DNA of 64,000 bases from the human T2T-CHM13v2.0 reference genome, Homo sapiens. Shown here in pieces: positions 12,885 to 42,400 of the stretch (position 1 is the stretch's first letter; the number at the start of each line of letters is the position of its first letter). The stretch lies in assembly GCF_009914755.1 (NCBI RefSeq), contig NC_060947.1. One strand, written 5' to 3'. The notes under the pieces were generated by a model. The model made no database searches and had not been told where the DNA came from. It worked only from the letters and a program-made list of their open reading frames with translations. A program made the position numbers and the translations under genes.

Positions 12885-14010
12885 TTGTCAATCCTTTATT
12901 GCAATATAATTCACACGTGATACAATTCATTCATTTAAAGTATACAATCAATTTTAGATGACTTTTACCACATCAGAAAAAAGGCCTATACCTTTTAGCT
13001 ATTACACCTTAGTTCCCAGCTCTAAGCAAACAGTAACTACTTTTTGCCTCTCTAGATTTGTCTATGGTAGACATTTTGTATTAGCAGTATCATACAATAT
13101 GTGGTCTTCTGTAAGATAATTATTTCATTTTGAATAATGTTTCCAAGGTTAATCCACATTGTAACCTATATTAGTAGTCCATTCCATATTTATGACCAAA
13201 TAATATTCCAATGTATGGATGTGGCAAATTTTGTTTATTTGTCAGTTGATATATATTTGGTCTATTTACATCATTGAATATTGTTAATACTGCTATAAAC
13301 ATGTGTGATTATATATATATATATATATTCATTTATCTTGGGTTTACAGCTAAGTGTGGAATTGCTGGATCACATGGTAACACTATAGATAACAATTTGA
13401 GGACTCCCAGACTATTTTCAAAAGTGGCTGCACCTTTTATATTCCCCATCATCAGTGTATGAGGGTCTTCTTTATCAATGTTCTTGTTAACATGTGGTGC
13501 TATCTGACTTTTTGTATATAGAAATTGCAGTGAGTGTAATGTAGCATCTCACTGTGGTTTTGATTTGCATTTACCTGATGACTAAATCTTATTGACCATT
13601 TGTGTCATCTTTTTTGGAGAAATATTTATCCAGGTCCTTTGCCCAAATTTTAATTGAGTTGTCCTTTTGTTATTTAGTTGTACGTATTCTTTACATATTA
13701 AAATATAAATCCTTTGTCAAATGCGTGACCAAAAATATTTTGTGCTATTTTGTAGGCTTTTTTTAACTTTGTAGTGTCCTTTGAAGCATAGAAATTTTTA
13801 ATTTTGATAAAATGCAATTTATCTAATTTTTCCTTTTGTTTCTTGTGTTTTTCTTGTCATACCTAAGAATCTATTGCCAAATCCAAGGTCACAAAGAATC
13901 ACCCCTATGCTTCTACTAAAAGTTTAGTTTTAGAACTTACATTTAGGTTTTAAGTCTATTTGTTGAAAGGATTATTTTTTCCACATTAATAGTGTTAGCA
14001 CCATTTGGGA
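12885..14010 (-). mobile_element. L1MB/MC-type 3' end
   Basis: Typical antisense L1M 3' UTR/ORF2 motifs (atataattcaca...tacaattca; ggaattgctggatcacatgg). Confidence 0.75.
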
Positions 14011-15078
14011 AATAGTTTTGGCTTGCTAATGGCCCTTAGTGGAAACTGAATACTTAACCATGAACCTATAAGTTTTTATGGAATCTAAGCTTTCCATCAT
14101 AAACTGTAAATAATATACGCAGGCCCTGAAGGCATAATTAAGTTACATAAAACATGATCCAAATGTCCATAGTCCCTATTCTTGCTACATTACCTTCTCT
14201 ATTCCATCCAATACCTATGTTTGATTGGAGTTTTCTACAATCAGCTGATTGAGGAAGAGAAAACTTGGGCTGCTTTACGGGTGATTCTGAGCAATATGTA
14301 AGTATCAACCAAAAGTGGGCAGCTGCAACAGTATAGCCCTTTTCTAAGACATCCCTGAAGGAGAAGATGAAAGACAATCCTCACAGTGAGTAAAACTTTG
14401 GGCAGTGTGCCTGATTGTTCACTTTTCCTGGGATAAGAAATGCACTTTCATGTGATTGCATATTTATTCATGGGTTCTAGCCAGTAGACTGGCTGTATGA
14501 TCATGAAATTAGAAGGAACATGATTGGAAAAATTTGTGAAGTCTGAGAAAGAGGTATGCGAATAATCTTCTCTGAATGGGAAAAATGCATAAAAATATTT
14601 GTATTTCATAGGAATGCTTACCAAAGAGTGACCTTGGAAAAAGAGGATTTTAATAATCAAGGGATTTAATGACCCATTCTATGAATACAAGTCAGCCTCT
14701 GTTCTCAGACACTGCTGTCATTGCCCAATAGGCTCATCAACAAAGTGGCCGTGGTGGCAGGGATGAAAGTATTGTATGAGCTCAGCAAAATGGACTTCCA
14801 CTGACCAAAGCTAACCTGGTTACAGCCACTTCCAAGCGCCCAATATGCCAGCAGCATAGAACACTGAGAATCTAATAGGGCACCATTTACCAGGATGATG
14901 CGCCAGCTTGGTAGCAGATTGATTACACTGGACTACTCTCATTATGGAAATGTTAGCACTTTGTTCTTACTGATAAAAATGCTTACTCTGGGTATAGATT
15001 TGTCTTCCCTGAACACAATGCTTCTATCAAAAATATCCTTGCACTTACAGAATGCCATATACCCAGTCAAAATATTCC
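14011..15078 (+). mobile_element. ERVL internal (pol RNase H/integrase) fragment
   Basis: HERV-L-like motifs: caaagtggccgtggtggcagggatg, gcccaatatgccagcagca (IN zinc-finger region), gattgattacactgga. Confidence 0.8.
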
Positions 15079-15084
15079 TGATAG

Positions 15085-16039
<955 letters not shown>

Positions 16040-17007
16040 GTGGCTTTTGTAGTTCGACGAGTGGAGGGAAATGGCACTCAGCAGTTTTTTCTTCCCATTG
16101 CTCAGCGAGCAGGAGGAAGGGTTACAGTGTTACAGTGTTCCTTCAGTGCCACTTCACCAGCCGGAAATCTCCACGGCTGCCATGACTTCTGCCTGGGCCC
16201 TTGCTCAGGCTGGCCAGTCTCACTACACCCTCTCAGTCCGACAGGCTGCACTTGGCTTGCACCCTGGCCCAGATCCTGTGCCCACTGCAGGATCCATGGT
16301 CAGCCTGTGGCTGGATCAGGCATGGTGCAAGCAGCCTCTGCATTGGGTGCTGGTGTTTAAATAAGGGGAACATGGTGGTGCCTGAAAACTTGGAGATGCC
16401 AGCAACCATGGAGCCCCAAGGGTTGTTACAGCTCTTGCCCGGGGAGTCCAGAGGTCTAATCCCCCAAGAAATGCTACAGCTCTTGCTCATTCCTGCTGTG
16501 TGTCACAGCTCTTTCGGTCCCACCGCCCACAGCTCCACAAATGGGGGTGTTTTATAGCTCATTTGGTCCGCTGCCTGCAGCTTGGCAAGTTCCAGGTTTT
16601 TGTCCCATGAACAAAAGGAGTAAGGTATGCAACACGGAAGAGTGAGTAGGGCAAAGAATTTTATTGAGCCGACAGAAGGAAAGCTCTCACCGGAGAAGGG
16701 ACCCAAGAGCAGGTAGCACTCTGTGTGAGAGGGGACCTAAAAGTGAGTAGCCGTCTGTGTGGCTGAGTCCAAGGTTTTCATGGGCTCAGAATAGCGGAGT
16801 GCATGTTGATGGCCCATGGGTGGGCCTGGAAAAAGCACCATTTGATTGGCTAAAAGGCATCAAGGAAGTTCTCACTCCAGTCATGGACTCTTCCTGGAAC
16901 TGGCAGCTCAGTTTTCAGGATTTAAACTGTCTTTGGCTTGAAGATTGGGTTTCACTGGGGAAACATCCCTGTCTGCCTAGGAATTTGTCTGTCTCCTGCT
17001 GCCATCA
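16040..17007 (-). mobile_element. 3' LTR of a HUERS-P3-type provirus (LTR27/LTR28/MER52/MER61 group)
   Basis: Minus strand starts TGATGGCAGCAGGAGACAGACAAATTCCTAGGCAGACAGGG after purine tract ggagggaaaat; repeated tgttacagctct units; distal end uncertain. Confidence 0.75.
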
Positions 17008-22250
<5,243 letters not shown>

Positions 22251-22873
22251 GAACCAGATGCATTAAGGCACCTTTTTAGTACTACCTTGTTCTATGATTC
22301 AAGTCAATGGAAAACTATGAAAACTCGATTTAGGCAGGATTGCTAAGGGCTCAAATACTTCAGAAGTAAAGGCTTGGTCATTTCCTAAAGCTAAGTGCCA
22401 TGTTCAGCTTATGTGCTTGCAATGGGCAAAGGGAATATGGAATGGGTAGTCAAAGAAGGTAGTTTTTGAATAAAAGTTTGACCACATGACCAGTTGCAGG
22501 AATAATTCCTATGATTATTTTTTTCATATTTTTTATGAATGTTTGTATGTTTATGTGTATGTACTTATTATCTTTATTTACTCTCTGTTATCTTATTATC
22601 ATATAACGTATAATATATTAATGTTCCATTATAATATTTAAGTGTTGTTAAGTTTAAATTTTAGTATCACATTACAGGATATGAAGAATAGGAGTGAACA
22701 TTGCCGAGGACTTCAAATTTTTTTTTTGTTGGAGAAAGAGTTAGTGAATTTTTTGTTGTGCACAGAGTGATTATATCATGTTAGGTGGAAGTATGACTTT
22801 GTCATTGTCTTTATTTTGAGGTAAGTGTGGGTTAATGAGATGTAGATGGGTGTCAAGTTGACAGGTGGTGAAC
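22251..22873 (+). mobile_element. ERVL internal 3' end
   Basis: caagtcaatggaaaact...ggcaggatt and terminal caagttgacaggtggtgaac, HERV-L-like sequence preceding an LTR. Confidence 0.75.
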
Positions 22874-23320
22874 TGGATTATTAAACTGTATGTGTCAAAT
22901 AAGTTAGACTATGATGTCCAGTTGTTTGGTTAAACACTAGTCTAAACCATTCTGTGCAGGTATTTTTTTAGATGTGATTAACCTTGTTTTCAGCTGACTT
23001 TAACTAAAGGAGATAACTCTGGATAATATGGAGGATTTTTTCTAAATGGTTGAAGGTCTTAAGCTCAAAAATTGAGGTTTCTCAGAATAGAAGAAAACCT
23101 ATCTCAAGACTAACAAAATTCCTGCCTGACATTCCATCCTGGAAGCATGTTCTACAATTTTTAGAGTGAAGACTACATCAACTCTTGCCTGAGTTTCCAG
23201 CCTGTAGGCGTGTCCTATTGATTTCAGACTTACTAAACTCCACAATCATGTGAACCCATTCCTTAAAGTCTTTCTCTCTCCTTCTCTTAAAATTTTTTCT
23301 GAAGAAATCTGACTGATAAA
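22874..23320 (+). mobile_element. MLT2 (MLT2C/D-like) 3' LTR
   Basis: tgtgtcaa...ccagttgtttggttaaacactagtcta...tagatgtgattaac; directly follows ERVL-int. Confidence 0.8.
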
Positions 23321-23469
23321 GTTTCTTAGAATTTTTTTAAGAGGAATTAATGTATATTAAAGTTTATTTTTAAATTATTCTGCATTCATTGAAATGATCA
23401 TGTAATTTTTTATATTTTCATCTTATGATGGAAATATTATGTACATATCTGTACATACACAAAGGGATA

Positions 23470-23600
23470 TTTGTCAGTCACATGTGGCTATCAAGTGCTT
23501 GTTGTATGAATGGTGTGACTATAGAATTCAATGTTTATTTAATTTTTGTTAATTTATGTATACACTGAGTTTGCCACATATAGCTAGTGCTATCATTCTG
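23470..23600. mobile_element. MER3/MER33-like hAT-Charlie fragment
   Basis: gtcacatgtggcta...gccacatatagctagtg pattern; highly diverged. Confidence 0.45.
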
Positions 23601-23609
23601 AGGCATTAG

Positions 23610-24495
23610 GCAAATGCTTTCATAGAAATATCAGCTACGGATCCTCAGCTCATCTCTGAAAACTTGTCACTTCCTGGAAATTCATTTCCCTAGTTATCAT
23701 GGCTTCTAAAGTTTTCTAATGCCTTAAAATACAGTTTTTGTAATATATCTGGTTTTTCTACTTGTTCTCAGAGAAAGCACTCCATATCATCTCTTTCAGA
23801 AATAAAATTTGTAAAACTATTTTTAATATAGATTGAGTAAATTATACCTCCACTTCTAATACATACTGAAGTTTTTTGTTCTTTTTGGCTCTATTTTGTC
23901 CTAATTATTCTCCATTACTGAGGCAAGACTTTCCTGATTGCAGTATCCATTTTCCTGTGAATTATGTGTTTTTCCTCTGTGGCTTGTGGGAACATGCATA
24001 TTTTCCAGCCCTGTGTAAACACAAGACACTATTCCTTTAAAATAACTTTTCCCTAGTATTGGTTAGTTGCCTCACACATCTGCACTGATCACTACTTTTA
24101 TGAAATATTTGAAATCAGACCATCTGAATGAAGAACTATGGAATTATCTCAGTGTGCAGCTCTCTTCTCTCTGCTATGTTGTCATGCAAATTCTAGTTCT
24201 CTTGGTCTACCCAGTGTCTTAACTCCCTGTCTTTTACTCCCTGAATCCACCACTATTGTTATTAGATTGTCATACCCGAGCCATGGCCTAGAAAATTTCT
24301 TAAGGCAAGAAACTGGGGTGATGTAGGTCTTACCTTGTTTATTTCCTGGCTGACTCTCTGGGATCACTGTCCTTTGCTTGAAGTTCAGTGTCTTGAAAAT
24401 CATCTTTCATATATTGTATCTAAATTTTTTGTTTGTTTGTTTCAGATGGCAAGTTATATCCTATGTTACTCCATGTTGGTCAGAAGTGGAAATAT
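23610..24495 (-). mobile_element. Ancient L1M (ME/MC) 5'-end fragments
   Basis: tgttactccatgttggtcagaagtggaa terminus typical of antisense old L1M 5' ends. Confidence 0.5.
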
Positions 24496-24776
24496 CTGAT
24501 AAGGCTATAATTAGGTAATTTTAACATATAAGGCAATGAACACACACTTTTACTTATATTTTTATGGTCTTGGTTTATAAACTAAAACAACAGCAACAAC
24601 AAAAATAAACAAGCAAAAACTAGAAACAAATCCAAAAAAGAAAACAACTCAACTTACTACTGAAGTGTTTGATACCTTAAAAGAATATGTGAAAATAATT
24701 CTACACAGAAAGACAAGCATCATGAAACATTATAAATCCACAAGAAAGGTTAATAAAGATCATAAAAAGGAAGTAA

Positions 24777-25039
24777 TTTTTTTTTTTTTTTTGAGACAGA
24801 GTCTCGCACTGTCGCCCAGGCTGGAGTTCAGTGGCGCCATCTTGGCTCACTGCAAGCTGCGCCTCCTGGGTTCACGCCATTCTCCTGCCTCAGCCTCCCG
24901 AGTAGCTAGGACTACAGGTGCCCACCACCACGCCCGGCTAATTTTCTTTTTGTATTTTTAATAGAGACGGGGTTTCACTGTGTTAGCTGGGATGGTCTCG
25001 ATCTCCTGACCTTGTGATCTGCCTACCTTGGCCTCCCAA
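24777..25039 (-). mobile_element. AluY, 5'-truncated by about 35 bp
   Basis: gcaagctgcgcc, ttcacgccattc diagnostics; stops at gcctcccaa. Confidence 0.93.
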
Positions 25040-26166
25040 TATTTTAAATAACCATATTAAATATTTTATTTCAAAGATACTAAAAATCTGAAATTTTTAC
25101 TTCTCCTGGTTAGGATGGTAATTTGCTATAAAGCAATATTTATTATATAACTTTTAGAAAGGCCTCCATGTAATTGTAGATACACTCATGTGGATAAAAT
25201 AGGATTAGAAAACACACCTTCAAATGTTCACAAAAACAATTTGAAAATTGTGTGTGATAACTTGAATGAAATTAAAACCCAAACTTATTTTAGAACTCTG
25301 TCAGCAGATATGCTGTATTTCAGATAGTAGTGGTGGAACCGTAAACATTTACTAAGTGGCAGTTTTTTAAAAACCTGTCATTTTATTGTTGATTTCCCTA
25401 CTGGTGGAGTAAATAAACATATAACAGAAAATTATTTTTATTTTAACTATTAATAGTTACCTTACCATTAGATTTCTGGCAAACTATCACTTACAAAATC
25501 AGTGTCCATCAACAACATTGATTTCCTTTTGCTTTGTCATGCTATATTTGAATATTTTTTCACATTTTCAGTAATTTTGGCTTTCAAAGTACTGGTTAAA
25601 TATTAGTATAATATTTGAGAGAACACATTTTATGATCAGTGACAATGGTCAAATTTACTCATTTTAGATACTATATTAATGCATATTGTTTAATTTATGA
25701 CATATTCCTGAAAAAATTAGTAAAATAAAACATGTTAAATTCAATAGTCCTCTGCCAATAACTATAATGTGTGCAATTAGCTTTTTATTAAAGCCATTTA
25801 TTTATCTTCTTGTTCATAAATAATAGAAGCCATGGAATATGATACTTTATTAGGCTAATAATAATGATCCAAACTATTATAAAATCTAGAAGTCATTACT
25901 ATATCATAGAGTAGAAATTTGATTATCTTTAAAATATTTTAAAACGTGAAGTGCATAGCATACATTTTCCAATGTCTTAAGAAAATAATTTCTGTATGGT
26001 TTACGCAGTATGTAGGTATTAATCAGAATATCCATTTATGAAAAGCATTCCACTCCATGTGTCAGTTAAATAAAAGATTAAAATTATCTATTTCTGCTTA
26101 AATGCATGTTTTTCTTTAGGACTCCAAATGTTTTTAACTGACTGTTTTTTAAAATTGGCAACATTA

Positions 26167-30060
<3,894 letters not shown>

Positions 30061-30074
30061 TCCCAATTATTAAA

Positions 30075-30902
30075 ACCTCATATCTGTCAGAATAAGTAGT
30101 ATCCAAAAGATGAAAGATAACTAGTTTTAGCCAGGATGTGGAGAAAAGGAAACCCTGATAGACTGTCAGTGGAAATGTAAATTAGTACAGCCACTATGAT
30201 AAGGAGTATGAAGTTTCTCTAAAAGCTAAAAATAGAATTATCACATGGTTCAGCAATACCTCTTCTGAGTATATATCCAAAGAAATTGACGCCAGTATGT
30301 TGAAGATAAATCTGCACTCCCATTTTCATTGTAGCATTATTCACAATATCCAAGATATGGAAGCAACTTAAGTGTCCATTAATGGATAAATGGATAAAGA
30401 AAATATGGTATATATACATAATGGGATAAAAAGGGGAATTCTGTCATTTTCAACAACATTGGTGAACCTGGAGGAAACTGTGCTAAGTGAAATAAACCAG
30501 ACAGAAAGATAAATACTGCATGATCTCACTTACATATGCTGAATGTAAACAATGTCAACTTAAAGAAGTAGAGAGTAGAATGGTGATTACTAGAGGCTTG
30601 GAATGGGGGTGGGGAAAGGGGAAATATCGGTCAAAGGGTACAAAGTTTTAGACAGGAGGAATAAATTTTAGTGACCAGTTTCATAGCATGATGACTACAG
30701 TTAATAATAATTTATATTTCAAAATCCCTAAAAGAGTTCAATTTTAAAAGTTCTCCACACACAAAATTGAAAAACAGGCAAGATGAAAGATAAGTTAATT
30801 AGCTTGATTTAATTATTCTACAATGGTTTATCAAAACATCACACTGTATTCCATAAGCATATAATTACTGTAAATTAAAAATAAAACATAATAAAAAATA
30901 AA
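30075..30902 (+). mobile_element. L1MA-type 3' end
   Basis: ORF2 tail plus MA-type 3' UTR (gtcaaagggtacaaagtttt...agcttgatttaatt) and A-rich tail. Confidence 0.85.
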
Positions 30903-31230
30903 TTTGTTAGAGTGTGCTTTATGCTCAAAACTGTGGTGTATCCTGGTGAATGCTCTGTGTGAAATTAGGAAGCATGTGTATTATGCTGCTGTTGGATAAA
31001 ATGTTCTATAAATATCAATTACATATAGTTTAATGGTGGTTCTGTTCTGTTCAACTGTATCATTACTATTTTTCTGCCTGCTAGATCTGGCAATTACTGA
31101 TAGAGAAATGTTGAAATGTTGAACTATAATGCTGGATTTCTCTATTCCTCCTTGCAGATCCTCATATATTATGATGCTTTGTTGTTAGGCACATACATTT
31201 TATGGATTGTTATTTCTACTTAGAGGATTA
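30903..31230 (-). mobile_element. L1M ORF2 endonuclease fragment
   Basis: tgtgtattatgctgctgttgga...aactataatgctggatt antisense EN motifs. Confidence 0.7.
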
Positions 31231-31231
31231 A

Positions 31232-31320
31232 CCCAGGCTTGAACTCCTGAGCTCAAGTGATGTGCCCAACTCAGCCTCCCAAAGTTCTGGGAGTACAGGC
31301 ATGAGCCACTGTGCCAGGCT
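31232..31320 (-). mobile_element. AluJ/FLAM 5' fragment
   Basis: cttgaactcctgagctcaagtgat...gagccactgtgccaggct. Confidence 0.85.
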
Positions 31321-38057
<6,737 letters not shown>

Positions 38058-38084
38058 AAAAAAAAATAAATAAATAATAGTAGT

Positions 38085-38567
38085 ATCTCTTGAGGGAAGG
38101 CCTAGCTAAGAACAAAATATTCTGGATATATTTCTAAATGGCTACATTTTCTGTCTTGCGGCCAGAAATTTGGGAGATTTTTTTCTCTTTCACTGTGAGA
38201 ACATAATGGGATTTCTGGAGAAAAAAACTCACAAAAGTGTGTGGGTTTCCATAAGACTGACTCCCCAACTGTTTTTTTTTTTTCCATTCCCCAGGTCTTC
38301 ACTCTCAAAGTTGCCCATGCTGAGCAGCCAGGAATTAGTAGGCTAGGTTTTACTATTCTGGTAGTGGTTTCTGCTCTAGTAAATAGTGATTTTTTTTGTA
38401 TCCATCTGTGTGCTTCTCAAAGTTTTGGAGCAGCAGTTTGACCTGTGACCACACATTCTCTGATGTACATAAGAACAATTGTTAATTTTCAGTTTAATAA
38501 CTTCTTTTCTTGTTGAGAGAATGATGGTGGCTTCCATGCTCACATATCAGACAGGAAACCAGAAGTT
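38085..38567 (-). mobile_element. L1MC/MD 5' end (likely host of the nested elements to its left)
   Basis: ttttggagcagcagtttgacctgtgacc...ggaaaccagaagt terminus. Confidence 0.55.
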
Positions 38568-38579
38568 CTTCATTTCTTT

Positions 38580-39487
<908 letters not shown>

Positions 39488-42400
39488 ATGCTTTTATTGC
39501 CACATTGTAATTATACAAATTTATGGGGTAAAATGCATTTTTTATATATATGTGTAAATTGCAGAAAGATCAAATCATATTGGCAAATATATTACCTTGA
39601 TCATTTTAAATGTTTTGTGATGAGAGCATTCATATTTCTTTTTTCTAGTTATTTTGAAATGTACAATACATTATTGTCTGTAGAATTTATTTCTCCTGTC
39701 TGATTGTAACTTTCTATCTGTTGGCAAACCTCTTCCCATTCTCCCTTCCACCCCCTCTTCCCCAGTCTCTAGTAACCACTGTTCTACTCTCTGCTTCTGT
39801 GATATCATTTTTTTTTTTCAGATTCCACATGTGAATGAAATCATGCTGTATATTTTTCTGTCTGGCTTATTTCAATGAAAATTATGCTCTCCAGGTCCAT
39901 CCATGTTTTTGCAAATTACAGAATTTCATTTTTTATGGCTGAATAATACCCATTGTGTATATATATCACTTTCTTTATATATTTATTCTTGGTTAGGCGA
40001 TTGTATTGATTTTATATCTTGGCTATTGAAAACAGTGCTACAATAAACATGTGAGGGCAAATATTTCTTTTACATACTGAAAAAAGGGTGGGATTGCTAG
40101 GTCATACTGTAGTTTTAGTTTTAATTTTTGGAGGAAACTCCATAATTTTTCCATAGTGGATGTACTCATTTACAGTCCCATAAACAGTGTGTAAATGTTC
40201 CCTTTGCTTCACATCCTCAGCAACACTTTTTGGTAATATGCATTCTAACTAAAATGAGATGGTGTCTCATTTTGATTTTGATTCTTATTTCTCTGATGAT
40301 CAGTGATGATGGGCATTTTTTCATGTATGTGGTCCATTTGTGTGTGTTTATTTGGAAATGTCTAAAGATCTTTTACATATTTTAAATCATTTATTTGGTT
40401 TTTGCTGTTCAGATTCTTATATTCTGGATACTAACCCTGTGTCAGATGTATGGCTTGCAAATTTTATATCTTATTCTGTATATTGTCTCTTCACTCTATT
40501 GTTGCCTTTGCTATGCAAAAGCTTTTTAGTTTGATGTAATTACATTTGTCTATATTTTGCTTTTGTTGCCTTTGCTTTTGAGTTCTTATTTAAAACATTT
40601 TTGCCTAGTCCAATGCCATAATTTTTTTCCTATGGATTCTTCTAGTAGTTTTATAGTTTTAAATGTTACATTTAAGTCATAAATATGGTTAGACTTTGAG
40701 TCCCCAGCCAAATCTCATCTTGAATTGTAATCCCCAGGTATTGAAGGAGATAACTGGTGAGAGGTGATCGGATCATGGGGGTGGTTTTCCCCATGCTGTT
40801 CTCATGATAGTACATGAGTTCTCATGAGATCTGATGGTTTTATAAGGGGCTCTTCCCCCTTTGCTTTCTACATACACACACTCCCACCTGCTGCTATGTA
40901 AGACATGCTTGCTTCCCCTTCTGTCATGATTGTAAGTTTCCTTCAGCCTCTTCCCAGTCGTGAAGAACTGTGAGTCAATTAAACCACTTTTTAAAATATA
41001 TATATATATATAAATGACCTAGTCTTGGGTATTTCTTTATAGCAGTGTGAGAACAGACTAATACAGTAAACTGGTACTGGTAAAGTGGGGTACTCCTATA
41101 AAGATCCCTGAAAATGTAGAAGTGACTTTGGAAATGGGTAACAGGTAGAGGTTGGAATATTTTGGAGGGCTCAGAAGAAGACAGAAAAAATGTGGGGAAA
41201 GTTGGAACTTCCTAGAGACTTGTTGAATGGTTTTTATCAAAATACAGTGGTGTGGACAATGAAATTCAGGCTAAGGTGGTCTCATCTGAAGATGAGGGAC
41301 TTAATGGGAACTGGAGCATAGGTCACTCTTGCTATGCTTTAGCAAAGAAACTGCTGGCATTTTGCCCCAACTTAGAGATTTGTGGAAATTTGAACTTGAG
41401 AGACATGACTTAGGATATCTGGTAGAAGAAATTTCTAAGAAGCAAAGCATTCAAGAGGTGACAGAATATAAAACTTTGAAAACTTCGCAGCTTGGTGATG
41501 TGACAGAAAAGAAAAACCCATTTTCTGGGGAGAAATTCAAGCTTGCTGCAGAAATTTGCATAAGTAATGAGGAGCCAAATGTTAATCGCCAAGGCAATGT
41601 AGAAAATGTCTCCAGGGCATATCAGAGACCTTCATGACAGTCCCTCCCATCACAGGGGCTGGAGGCTTAGGAGGAAAAAATGATTTTGTGGGCCTAGGTC
41701 CAGGGATCCCCTGTTATGTGCAGCCTCAGGACATGGTGGCCTGCATCCCAGCCACTCAAGCTGTGGATAAAAGGGGTCATGGTACAGGTCAGTCCATTGA
41801 TTCAGAGGGTGCAAGCCCCAAGCCTTGGCACCTTCCACATGATGCTGGTTTTGCAGGTACGCAGAAGACAAAAAGGTTTGGGAACTTCCATTTAGATTTC
41901 AGAAGATGTATACAAAATCTTGAATATTCAGGCAGAAGTGTGCTGCAGGGGCAGAGCCCTCACGGAGAACCTCTGCTATGGCAGTGCAGAAGGGAAATGT
42001 GGAGTTGGAGCCCCCACACAGAGTCCCCAGTCAGCTACTGTCTGAGAAGAGGGCAACCGTCCTCCAGCCCCCCAAATGATAGATCCAATGACGGCTTGCA
42101 CAGTAGATGCAGAAAAGTCTCAGACACTCAATGCCAACCAATGAGAGCAGCCAGGAAGGGGGCTGTACCCTGCAAAGCCACAGGGGTGGAGCTGCCCATG
42201 ACCATGGGAGTCCACCTCTTACATCATTGTGACCTGGATGTGAGACAGGAAGCTAAAAGAGATCATTCTGGAGCTTTAATATTTAATGACTGCCCTGTTG
42301 GATATCAGACTGGCATGGGGACTCGTAGCCCCTTTGTTTTGGCGGATTTCTCCCATTTGGAATGGGAGCATTTATACAATGCCTGTACCCCCATTGTATC

